IMG/VR virus record: IMGVR_UViG_3300021976_000003
Coordinates: 1-44,466 of that record
Strand: one strand, 5' to 3'
DNA length: 44,466 nucleotides
Source: a virus
In this document: one piece after another, positions 6,152 to 14,995 of the stretch
How the letters are laid out: every line of letters starts with the position of its first letter
Position numbering within the stretch: position 1 is the first letter of the stretch
Translations under genes and position numbers: made by a program
The notes under the pieces: generated by a model
Databases searched by the model: none
Told to the model about the DNA's origin: nothing
Seen by the model: only the letters and a program-made list of their open reading frames with translations

Positions 6152-9078
6152 GCATTTGGCGCTTTACATTAGTAGACCGGGACGGCGTATACACCGTTGT
6201 CGATGATCCTGAAGAATGGGAGGGCATCGAAGTTATATTGGAGCGTGACCCTAAGACGCACGGGATATTTGCTGAATATGCTATCGACAATCTGACCTTT
6301 CACGGGCCTGGTGCGCAGCTGATAAAAGGAGAATATGACCAATATGGTTTTACCAGCAGCATGCAATTACTCATTGAATTTCAGTGTAGTGATGGCCAGG
6401 GATATGATATGTTCTATTTTGGCAGGTTGGCATTTGATGAATATGAGGACGAGTGCGGGGATAACTGCCGGGTCACCATCGGTCTGGAAGATATCAACAG
6501 CATCACTCAGATGCGTAACAACTACGAACAGAAAGTTAATCTATATAATGCAGTAGGCTTTGATGAGGCTACTCCACTGACTAATTATCCGGGATTAGAA
6601 GCACAGGTTACTATTCCCGCGCGCGGGCTGGTTCAGCGGAGCGATGCACTTTCCCAGGAAGCATTTCAGGTGAATTTCTTTAATGAATTTCTTGCCGATT
6701 GGCAGCACATGCAGAACACCAATTTTGATGCCGAAAGGGGCGGTGTCAATATCATGTTCGCAGCAAATGACATTGGTAATACGGAGATAGGACAGGACGG
6801 TACTCAATTTGGGCTGGGCCCATTCTATTACAATGACGGTGATCCAGGGTTATTGCCCGAGTTGTTGACGATGCCCACCAACGCGGTAAATGAGCTGGCC
6901 TGTTATGCCAGTGGTTTCCTGGTGATACTAAATATCTCCGGTAATCTTACATTTTCAGGCTTCGGAGATATGACCGTTAAGCTGCGTATCACGGTAAAGA
7001 TTGGACCGGACGAGAACAATACTACTACTGTTGCACAAGATCAGGTAATAGATGGCCTATTTGTAAGTAGCGGAAATGTTAACTGGACAGCAGCCATTGA
7101 ATCTTTTGTGTTGATCAATCCAGGAGATAAGTTCTGGATATACTATTTCGTAGAGGTGTTTAAATCTCAATTACCTAATGGAGGTATATTAACACAACTT
7201 GTACTTACGCAGAATGCAGGCGCCAATATCCAGTTATATATGACTTCTGTCTGCGATGAAACATTGGCCAGGTCGGCATATATCAACGAGGCTGTTAGCC
7301 GTACTGTAGAGGCTATTACAAATGATCAGATACGTTTCTACTCTACTACCTTTGGCCGTACCGATTCACAACCCTACGCCATGCCTACTGACACGTGTGC
7401 GGGGTTGTTTGCTATAACTAATGGGCTAAACATCCGCCGAAAGCTGCTGGCTGATAATACGGTGCCAGGATTCTTTGTGACCCTGAAGCAATTGTTCGAT
7501 GCGCTGAATTGTGTATGGAATATCGGTATGAGTGTGGAACCGGACATTAACAGATCTGGGTTCAGCCGGTTACGGTTTGAGGACTACCGGTTTTTCTACC
7601 AAGACGACATCGGGGTTATCTTTAATTATGCCACCAGTGTGCGCAGAAAGGTCGATGTGGACCGTTTATATAACCGGATGATAGTTGGATACAACAAGTG
7701 GGAAGCGGGGGAATTTACGGGCCTTGATGAATTTATGACGCAGCGTACCTACCGTATAGATGTGAACGCTATCAGCAAGGAATTGAATGTTGCTACAGAT
7801 ATGATTTGTAGCCCTTATACGATAGAGATAACCCGCAGGCAGGCTACCGGCACCCAGGATTATGCCTATGATAATGATTTGTTTGGATTCTGTATGATCC
7901 GGGAAGTGGGGGTATTGGAAGTGGAGACATTTGCAGATAGTGTTTCCCTGGCTACCAATGTGAACGATTCCGATAGCGCTTATAATGCGCGTATCACGCC
8001 CGCGCGTAATGCTATGAGGTGGTTTGCGGTAATGACACAGGGGTATCGGAATTTCACCAATGCTACGAAGCTGATATTCTCATCTGGTACTGGTAACTAC
8101 ATAGCCAGAATAAAGCTGAACAATTGTAATATCGACGCAGGGCCGCTATCTGAGAATGAGAACTTGGAGATAGGGGATTTTCAGAATCAAGCAGATGGGT
8201 TGCCTATCATGTTCCCTGAGATATTGACCTTTGATCATCCGATGAACTATAACTTGTTCAAACGGTTAAAGGATGATCAGGTACTTAGATATAGGAGTAT
8301 TGTTGTTAAATGTAATGATGCCGAGTATGAGGCGTGGTTTAAATCTATCAGGTACAGACCGGAAGAAGGCGTTGCAACGATAGAAGCATATCCTAAGAAT
8401 ACTACGCAGCTACCAGAACCAACAATCTGTATCGCTTCTATCGTGGAAGGATCAATTGAGGTTACCGGAATAAATTATACCACCCAAGAGATCACTGTGG
8501 ATTTCACAGAAGGTAATCCGGGAGCTACAGAATGGCACTACTTTATCTATGTGGGTACAGAGCCTTCCGGTAGCGGACAGGGTGGTATTGCCACTTCCCA
8601 TCCGTTCACCATACAGGGTATAGGGCCGGGCACTTACTTTATTGTGATAGTGCCTTACTGCTCTGAAGATCAGATAAGTAATACTTATACAGATCAGGTT
8701 ATTAACATACCTGCACCGCCGCTGAATATACGCCTGACAGCTACGGCTATCCCGGCATGTGGAGGACAGTGTAAGGTATACAGGATAACAGCTACGCCTG
8801 TTGGAGCTGCTACGTTCGCTGCGAATTTCTCATTCAGATTTGGGCAGTGTATGACAGCAGGTAGTAGCACATTATGTAACGGTTATCCATCAGCGCCTTT
8901 TAATCCTGGTATGTATGCCACCGTAAATGGAGTGGCCGGGCAAACTTCTGCATTTGCGGATAGTATAGCGAATACTGTTCCAAGCGGAACTTTAGTGAGT
9001 GTAACGCTGCATGCCTTAAGTGGTATCACAGCGGGACAAATAACAGAGAGCCAAACATGGACATTAAATTTTGAGTAA
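6148..9078 (+). CDS. Large tail protein (976 aa; distal tail or baseplate-type)
   Basis: ATGA-coupled directly to the TMP. Size and position are typical of distal tail or tail-tip proteins. No catalytic motif seen. Confidence 0.55.
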   Translation: MSIWRFTLVDRDGVYTVVDDPEEWEGIEVILERDPKTHGIFAEYAIDNLTFHGPGAQLIKGEYDQYGFTSSMQLLIEFQCSDGQGYDMFYFGRLAFDEYEDECGDNCRVTIGLEDINSITQMRNNYEQKVNLYNAVGFDEATPLTNYPGLEAQVTIPARGLVQRSDALSQEAFQVNFFNEFLADWQHMQNTNFDAERGGVNIMFAANDIGNTEIGQDGTQFGLGPFYYNDGDPGLLPELLTMPTNAVNELACYASGFLVILNISGNLTFSGFGDMTVKLRITVKIGPDENNTTTVAQDQVIDGLFVSSGNVNWTAAIESFVLINPGDKFWIYYFVEVFKSQLPNGGILTQLVLTQNAGANIQLYMTSVCDETLARSAYINEAVSRTVEAITNDQIRFYSTTFGRTDSQPYAMPTDTCAGLFAITNGLNIRRKLLADNTVPGFFVTLKQLFDALNCVWNIGMSVEPDINRSGFSRLRFEDYRFFYQDDIGVIFNYATSVRRKVDVDRLYNRMIVGYNKWEAGEFTGLDEFMTQRTYRIDVNAISKELNVATDMICSPYTIEITRRQATGTQDYAYDNDLFGFCMIREVGVLEVETFADSVSLATNVNDSDSAYNARITPARNAMRWFAVMTQGYRNFTNATKLIFSSGTGNYIARIKLNNCNIDAGPLSENENLEIGDFQNQADGLPIMFPEILTFDHPMNYNLFKRLKDDQVLRYRSIVVKCNDAEYEAWFKSIRYRPEEGVATIEAYPKNTTQLPEPTICIASIVEGSIEVTGINYTTQEITVDFTEGNPGATEWHYFIYVGTEPSGSGQGGIATSHPFTIQGIGPGTYFIVIVPYCSEDQISNTYTDQVINIPAPPLNIRLTATAIPACGGQCKVYRITATPVGAATFAANFSFRFGQCMTAGSSTLCNGYPSAPFNPGMYATVNGVAGQTSAFADSIANTVPSGTLVSVTLHALSGITAGQITESQTWTLNFE

Positions 9079-10451
9079 TGCCGATTGCATCGCCCGTAAA
9101 TAGTTTTGTTGATTTTAACGAGCAGAACCTGGATTGCCGGGGGAATGCTCGTGATGTGGCATTACCGGTATATGAAACGTTTGATATTAAGTTTCAGATA
9201 TATATCAGTGACGATGAGAAGAAGCCCAAAACTGAATTGCTATATGCTGCGGTGTGTACTGAAGCATGTTCCTTATTATATGAGAACAGCATACCTGTGG
9301 TTTCAACATGCGATAGGTATGTGATTCAGTCTACAGGAGGTGTGGCGCTGTTGTCTACCGATTTCCCTATCATAGTATTAAATTCTGACCATATACCGGC
9401 AGGCTCATATGATCAGCGGGCTTTCTTTGAGGCGCTGAAGGATTTGGACGCCACTGTGCAGGCATTGGATTATATAAGCTGCTGTCCTCCTACAAGTGTG
9501 GATTTGGACATCGACATTAGTACAGCAGGTGGCGCCAATTATACTTTGGAGCTGGGAGTATATTGGGGATATGGATATGTTGAATTTCCGGTAGTAGAAA
9601 TGGCGCCTTATGTGGGCTTTAATGAATGTTTCAGGTATTGTATCTTGAACGCAGCAAATGAAGTTCAGTCCTGTAGCAACTTATTCTATAGTATAATAGA
9701 TCCTTGTTATACTACGGTATTCACATATAGGAATGAGGAAAACGCCTACGGGTTCAAGTATTCCTACATCGATGAAGCGGGTGACCCACATATAACCGAG
9801 AATCAAATACGTTTGTCTGTATTCTTTGATAAGCCTACCCGGCCAGTAGAGGAGAACATCTTCCGGCGGTCAGATAAAGTTCAACAGCGATTATCTACGT
9901 TGATTGAAAAAGAATGGTTGGGGCATACATCGTATTTATCAGATGATCAACATGACAAGTTCATTGTGATGTTGAAGCATGATACGCTGCATGTGTACCA
10001 TGAGAATAGGAACATGGATAGGAATATGACACAGGAGGGTGAAGTGGAATATATATATCCCGATATTAACAACCCTAAGACATATCCAGCCACGTTCCGT
10101 ATAAAGGATTACAACTATAGCTATGTAAATAATAACTGCGGATTTAACTGTGGCATAGAGATTAATGACGAATGCGATAATGGTACCGCGCCTCCCTGTC
10201 CGGATAAATACTTTATAGAATTTACAGTAGGCGATCCTGGTAGTCCTATGGCTAATGGAGATACCGTATATAGTGATGCGGCATTATCGCAGGCAGTGGC
10301 CGTAGAGGTATATAGGGAGGGATTGTTACAGCATGAGAGTGGAGTTAACAACATAACATTTGTGAGAGGTGCCAACCCTTCACAACCTGGGGTGATCACT
10401 TTTACCCCGGAAGTAATAACCGGTGAAAGAATTGCAATATGGGAACTGTAA
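9078..10451 (+). CDS. Tail-associated protein (457 aa) whose C-terminal ~80-aa domain is paralogous to ORF 19827..20054
   Basis: TAATG coupling to the preceding gene. The C-terminus IEFTVGDPGSP...VEVYREGLLQ...ITFTPEVITGERIAIWEL aligns with the 75-aa ORF. Confidence 0.5.
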   Translation: MPIASPVNSFVDFNEQNLDCRGNARDVALPVYETFDIKFQIYISDDEKKPKTELLYAAVCTEACSLLYENSIPVVSTCDRYVIQSTGGVALLSTDFPIIVLNSDHIPAGSYDQRAFFEALKDLDATVQALDYISCCPPTSVDLDIDISTAGGANYTLELGVYWGYGYVEFPVVEMAPYVGFNECFRYCILNAANEVQSCSNLFYSIIDPCYTTVFTYRNEENAYGFKYSYIDEAGDPHITENQIRLSVFFDKPTRPVEENIFRRSDKVQQRLSTLIEKEWLGHTSYLSDDQHDKFIVMLKHDTLHVYHENRNMDRNMTQEGEVEYIYPDINNPKTYPATFRIKDYNYSYVNNNCGFNCGIEINDECDNGTAPPCPDKYFIEFTVGDPGSPMANGDTVYSDAALSQAVAVEVYREGLLQHESGVNNITFVRGANPSQPGVITFTPEVITGERIAIWEL

Positions 10452-11266
10452 ACGATAAAGGGGTGCTATTGATAGCACTAGGTCATGAAAATTATATGAA
10501 GATGGCTGTTAATTTAGCGGCCAGCTTGAAGTATAACTGTCCTGATATACAGATAGCTTTGGTGCATGATGGCGCAGGGCAGATACCAGATAATTTGTTC
10601 CAGTGTAATATTATGGTGCCTCCTGGTAATCCGATACAGTATAAGACTAAACTATATGAACTATCTCCGTTCCAACAAACATTGTATTTGGATGTTGATA
10701 TGATATGGCTACCTGGCAGGAATCCGGAAGAACTATTCACTACATTGGCAGGCATAGATTTTACCATTATGAATACTGGATCAGGAGAATATTGTATTTG
10801 GGCCGAAGCAGATGACATAAGGCAGGTAGCTGGGAATGTTGATGATCCAATCTACATGTTCTATTCTGAATTGATATACTTTGAGAAAACAGGAAAGGCG
10901 GAAGCATATTTTTCCATGGTGCAAGAGATATATACCACGGCTACATTAACCAATAGGAAGTTCGCTGGTGGTATGGCTGATGAACTGGCGTATATCATAG
11001 CGGCATTGCAGACAGGAACAAAGCCGCATCAGGATAAATGGTGCCCGGTGTATTGGTTTTATAGGAATAAGAAGGACGCTCATTTGCAGCCTTATCAACT
11101 ACAGAACAACTATTATGCATATAGCATAGGGGGGAATCAACTTCCTGGTTATGCCAAATCACATTACAATAACTTGGCTAGGCTTTACGCGAAACATGCA
11201 GGCATAGCAAAACCATACTTAGCGCAGGATAAGCGTTATTTTTTAAGTAATAGAACAAAAATATAA
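10439..11266 (+). CDS. GT-A fold glycosyltransferase, family 8-like (275 aa)
   Basis: N-terminus GVLLIALGHENYMKMAVNLAASL, then LYLDVDMIWL (DxD motif in the GT8-like context LYLDxD). Sits between tail genes and the portal-like gene. Confidence 0.5.
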   Translation: MGTVNDKGVLLIALGHENYMKMAVNLAASLKYNCPDIQIALVHDGAGQIPDNLFQCNIMVPPGNPIQYKTKLYELSPFQQTLYLDVDMIWLPGRNPEELFTTLAGIDFTIMNTGSGEYCIWAEADDIRQVAGNVDDPIYMFYSELIYFEKTGKAEAYFSMVQEIYTTATLTNRKFAGGMADELAYIIAALQTGTKPHQDKWCPVYWFYRNKKDAHLQPYQLQNNYYAYSIGGNQLPGYAKSHYNNLARLYAKHAGIAKPYLAQDKRYFLSNRTKI

Positions 11267-11268
11267 CA

Positions 11269-13080
11269 ATGCCTATTAAAATAACGGCTGACATATTAAC
11301 TGAATACGCTGAAGGATACCTGGCACGTGAAGGGCGCAGGAAGCGCGTTCATGACGCCTATGAGGAAACATGCTGTATGTATAAGGCATTACGTGTACAC
11401 GCCAATGGTGAGACGCCTACAGAGTTAATATGTGAAAGACGGCCATCGGAAAGCCTGTATATAAAAGAATACAGGGAAAAGATTTATGTTCCTATTACTA
11501 AAAGTAATATAAGTAAGGTTATTAGCAGCTTGTCCAAAATACGTAGGTCTAGCGATTGGAACATAAAATTTTCTGAAAAACGCGTAGCCAGTATTAGGAA
11601 TGGTGAAGATTTGGAGACATATACCAATAAGGTATTCCCCAGCTTTTCAAGTATTACCAATTGGTTGTTCAGCGTATGCCTAAAGGAATACCTGTTAGAT
11701 GCCAATGCTGTTATCCTGACTATTCCACTGAATATGGATAAGGAAACAATTGATTATTATAAGCCTTTCCCGTTTGTATTTAATTCCCCCAGGGTACTGG
11801 ATTATGTGGCTGATGATTATGCTATATTGTTATCTGATAAATATTGTTCTTATGATGTTTTGGATAACAGAGGACAGGTCTTACAGCATAGAACAGATGG
11901 GTTGATTATCCATGTGGTAGACCGTGAGCAAATTATAACCTACCATCAGGTAAGCACTGATAAGAGATTCGTAGTAGCAAGGAAGTTCGTTCATAATCTT
12001 GGAGTATTGCCAGCATTCAAAATGCCTGGTCTATTCTTTAAGGCTTGCGATTACGAATTTATCAATGAATCCAGGATAAATGGTATGCTCCCCCACCTGG
12101 ATGAAGCGGCCAGGATATATAGCGATCTACAGGCAGAACTGGTGCAGCACGTACATAGTGAGAAGTGGCTGTATATGAACACGGACTGTACACATTGTAA
12201 AGGTGTTGGGCAAGAACAGATCGGAGAGAATATATGCGAGTGTCATGTGTGCAGAGGGATCGGAAAGGTGCCTACTTCTCCATATTCCAACCATATCGTT
12301 ACGCCACCCGCTATAGGGGAACTTGCCCAGGTGCCTACTCCGCCCGCTGGATACATACAGAAAACTGATGTAGCTGAAATGTGCGCTGAGATAGACCGGC
12401 AGGTAGAAAAGCACCTGTATAAGTCTTTGGCAGCACTTAACATGCAGTTCTTGGATCAGGCGCCGTTGAACCAATCGGGAACAGCCAAAGAGGTGGATAA
12501 AGACGAACTGAATAACTTTGTGCATTCCTGCGCGGAAGACTTGATTTATATACTAGACCGCGTTATCTTCCTGACAAATGAATATAGGATAAATGGATTA
12601 ATTACAGATGCTGACCGCCGTGGTGAATTGCTCCCCAAGATAGCAGTACCTGAAAAGTTTGACCTACTGTCCAGTAACTTCCTCCTGGAAGAAATACAGA
12701 CCGCCAAACAGAACAACTTGAATAACTTAATCATTAGCACCCTGGAAACGGACTATGCGGCCAAGAAGTTCTACAACATGCCTGAAGTGGCACAGATGCT
12801 TATCCTGGTATTTGATCTTGATCCAATGCCGGCTATCACGGATGAAATGAAGATGGTAAGGTTACAGAATGATGGAGTTACCCAGGAGGACTATGTTATC
12901 AGCAGCAACATAGTGCCATTCATCAAACGGGCGATGAGGGATAATGAAAAATTCGGGAAGCTGACATATGACGAACAAATGACAGTTCTTTCCGGTTATG
13001 CTGCCGAGAAACAAAGCGATAATAGCGCAGCAGATGAATTGCGTCCTGAACCTGTAACTGAAAAAGAAATAGTTGTATGA
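11269..13080 (+). CDS. Probable portal protein (603 aa) with an inserted double CxxCxGxG zinc-finger
   Basis: Size and position immediately upstream of a MuF-like head gene. Contains CTHCKGVG-x8-CHVCRGIG (nt 12187..12264). Confidence 0.5.
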   Translation: MPIKITADILTEYAEGYLAREGRRKRVHDAYEETCCMYKALRVHANGETPTELICERRPSESLYIKEYREKIYVPITKSNISKVISSLSKIRRSSDWNIKFSEKRVASIRNGEDLETYTNKVFPSFSSITNWLFSVCLKEYLLDANAVILTIPLNMDKETIDYYKPFPFVFNSPRVLDYVADDYAILLSDKYCSYDVLDNRGQVLQHRTDGLIIHVVDREQIITYHQVSTDKRFVVARKFVHNLGVLPAFKMPGLFFKACDYEFINESRINGMLPHLDEAARIYSDLQAELVQHVHSEKWLYMNTDCTHCKGVGQEQIGENICECHVCRGIGKVPTSPYSNHIVTPPAIGELAQVPTPPAGYIQKTDVAEMCAEIDRQVEKHLYKSLAALNMQFLDQAPLNQSGTAKEVDKDELNNFVHSCAEDLIYILDRVIFLTNEYRINGLITDADRRGELLPKIAVPEKFDLLSSNFLLEEIQTAKQNNLNNLIISTLETDYAAKKFYNMPEVAQMLILVFDLDPMPAITDEMKMVRLQNDGVTQEDYVISSNIVPFIKRAMRDNEKFGKLTYDEQMTVLSGYAAEKQSDNSAADELRPEPVTEKEIVV

Positions 13081-13985
13081 CAAGAGACGAAATCATAGAT
13101 AATATCAATAGCTCTGTGGAAGATGCTGTGGAGAGTATGAACAAAAGCATACCTGGCATACAGCGTAAGCTATTGGATGAAGTAACGGACCTGGTACGTG
13201 ATCTGGATTATTCCGGTAATAACATTGCCAGTACCGTAAAGAATGTGCGTGTGATTGGAGCTATCACCAGGAAACTACGTAAAATAATATTGGATAGTGG
13301 GTATAAGAATGATGTGAGGGATTTCCTTAAGTCCTTCAATGAGGTCACGACGTTGCAGAATCAGTACATGAGGCAGACCACGGAGCAGTTTAAGTTTACG
13401 CCGGTGTTAGCCCAGGTGAAAGAACAGAGTATTGAATCTACCTTACAGGGGCTTACTGAGCAAGGATTAACAGCGAACATTACCGACAAGATACGCGACG
13501 TACTGCGCACCAATATAACCACTGGTGGCACCTTTAAGCAGATCATGCAGCAGGTACGTGAGACGATTGTAAGCACTAATGCTGGTGAAGGAATACTGGA
13601 AAGATATGTGAAGCAGATCACAACGGATTCCCTGAACCAATATAGCCGGAATTATCTACAGATAGCCACCCAGGCGGCTGGTATGGAATGGTTCAGATAT
13701 ACGGGAAGCAATATAGAAACTACCCGGTGCTTTTGTTTCGCCCTAAGACAAAAGAGTTATTTCCATGTAAGTGAGATACCCGCACTGCTACGGGGGGATT
13801 TCCCGGAATATCAAGCTATGAAGTGTAAAGAATATGATAAGACTGGATTACCACAAGGTATGATTGCCGGGACCAATGCGGCCAACTTCTTAACAAACGC
13901 TGGGGGGTATAACTGCGGTCACCGTCCTATACCGATTCCTGCGAGATTGGTACCACAGGAGATAAGGGATAGGATTACAGGATAG
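13077..13985 (+). CDS. Minor head morphogenesis protein (Mu F / SPP1 gp7-like, 302 aa)
   Basis: ATGA-coupled to the portal-like gene. The C-terminal TTRCFCFAL...GGYNCGHRPIPIP resembles the Cys/His-containing C-terminus of MuF-family proteins. Confidence 0.45.
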   Translation: MTRDEIIDNINSSVEDAVESMNKSIPGIQRKLLDEVTDLVRDLDYSGNNIASTVKNVRVIGAITRKLRKIILDSGYKNDVRDFLKSFNEVTTLQNQYMRQTTEQFKFTPVLAQVKEQSIESTLQGLTEQGLTANITDKIRDVLRTNITTGGTFKQIMQQVRETIVSTNAGEGILERYVKQITTDSLNQYSRNYLQIATQAAGMEWFRYTGSNIETTRCFCFALRQKSYFHVSEIPALLRGDFPEYQAMKCKEYDKTGLPQGMIAGTNAANFLTNAGGYNCGHRPIPIPARLVPQEIRDRITG

Positions 13986-14220
13986 CGTGGTCATAGAGGT
14001 AGTCTTCAGGCAATCCCATTAATAATGCGCGCTTTTTCAAAAATGTTTTTATCTCCGCATAAATAAAGGATTCTCCCTCCTGTATACGGTCTAATATTGC
14101 CGTATCTTCACCAGCCTCCATCATTTTAATCTTTTGGAAGGATATTAATTTATACCTAACCCTTAATTCCTCCATCTTACCCAATAAGGCCGCCAATAAT
14201 TCTTGCTCTTTTGTTATCAT
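13975..14220 (-). CDS. Hypothetical protein (81 aa), last gene of the reverse-strand small-gene cassette
   Basis: ORF track. Its ATG overlaps (ATGA) the stop of the upstream micro-ORF. Convergent 11-nt overlap with 13077..13985. Confidence 0.5.
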   Translation of the reverse strand: MITKEQELLAALLGKMEELRVRYKLISFQKIKMMEAGEDTAILDRIQEGESFIYAEIKTFLKKRALLMGLPEDYLYDHAIL

Positions 14221-14315
14221 GCTTCTTTCTTTTTATTTTGTTCATAAATACCCACCAGCACGATTAAAATGCAAAGTAGGAAGGTGGTCTGTAGTACGTA
14301 TAGTAATGTGATCAT
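14217..14315 (-). CDS. 32-aa single-pass membrane peptide (below the ORF-track cutoff)
   Basis: Own translation MITLLYVLQTTFLLCILIVLVGIYEQNKKKEA. ATGA overlaps at both ends link it to its neighbours. Confidence 0.4.
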   Translation of the reverse strand: MITLLYVLQTTFLLCILIVLVGIYEQNKKKEA

Positions 14316-14527
14316 TTTGCTTTATTATAAATTACCAATTTCTTTTCTCTATAATGCTCGAATAGTTCTGCTATATCCCATCTTTGTTTATCGTCAAGAT
14401 GTTTGTTTTTAAGAGCATCGCAAATGCATTTTGTTATAATTTCATATTCCTCTTGTGAGGATATTAATCTCGCACCTCTGTCGTTCCAGGCATCGATACA
14501 CCTTTGGATACCCGATTTAATGAATGG
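14312..14527 (-). CDS. 71-codon open frame with no ATG/GTG/TTG start (frameshifted or non-canonically initiated gene)
   Basis: Own translation PFIKSGIQRCIDAWNDRGARLISSQEEYEIITKCICDALKNKHLDDKQRWDIAELFEHYREKKLVIYNKAK. The stop overlaps the next ATG. An ATG at 14538 lies in the +1-offset frame. Confidence 0.35.
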   Translation of the reverse strand, partial: PFIKSGIQRCIDAWNDRGARLISSQEEYEIITKCICDALKNKHLDDKQRWDIAELFEHYREKKLVIYNKAK

Positions 14528-14534
14528 CTACTTC

Positions 14535-14747
14535 TCATTGGTCAATAATTGCAGGGTTATTATTATCTTTTCTATCGGCCGGTTTTTTGGGGATAGGTCG
14601 TTGTATGGCAATACCCATTTTGGCAAGATAATGAATACCTTCTTGGAGTATTTCTGTTGGAAGCGCACAAGCCTTTTCCATAGCATCAATTTTCTTTTGA
14701 GCCTCAATAATTAAGGCTTCAACTTCTTTTGTTCTGGCTTCGTTCAT
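14535..14747 (-). CDS. Hypothetical protein (70 aa)
   Basis: ORF track. Its ATG overlaps (ATGA) the stop of the RHH-like ORF. Confidence 0.5.
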   Translation of the reverse strand: MNEARTKEVEALIIEAQKKIDAMEKACALPTEILQEGIHYLAKMGIAIQRPIPKKPADRKDNNNPAIIDQ

Positions 14748-14914
14748 TGGTCAATAATTTTTTTATACTTCTTCAATAAGTAATAAATCGTCTTCTCAAA
14801 ACTTCCGGCGCATTTGCAATCAGCCTCCAATTTATATTGCTGTTCCTTAATATACAACCACAAATCTTCTGGAATATTCTTTAGGGTATACTGTAATTTC
14901 TTAGTCTTATCCAT
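14744..14914 (-). CDS. Arc/CopG-like ribbon-helix-helix DNA-binding protein (56 aa, below the ORF-track cutoff)
   Basis: Own translation MDKTKKLQYTLKNIPEDLWLYIKEQQYKLEADCKCAGSFEKTIYYLLKKYKKIIDQ. The beta-strand/helix/helix pattern parallels P22 Arc (..FNLRWPREVLDLVRKVAEENG..SEIYQRVMESFKK). It is the first gene after a -7 box. Confidence 0.5.
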   Translation of the reverse strand: MDKTKKLQYTLKNIPEDLWLYIKEQQYKLEADCKCAGSFEKTIYYLLKKYKKIIDQ

Positions 14915-14929
14915 TTATACCATTTAGAC

Positions 14930-14937
14930 CAAAGGTA
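14930..14937 (-). promoter_or_regulatory. -7 promoter box TACCTTTG (minus strand) for the RHH-led cassette
   Basis: The reverse complement of 14930..14937 is TACCTTTG, 16 nt upstream of ATG 14914. Confidence 0.45.
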
Positions 14938-14987
14938 TAAAATCCACACGATATCACCAAATATCAAAACAAATAATTATCTTTGGT

Positions 14988-14995
14988 ATATAAAT
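14988..14995 (+). promoter_or_regulatory. -7 promoter box TATCTTTG for the head-gene block starting at 15011
   Basis: Matches TAnnTTTG 16 nt upstream of ATG 15011. Divergent from the 14930 box. Confidence 0.45.
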
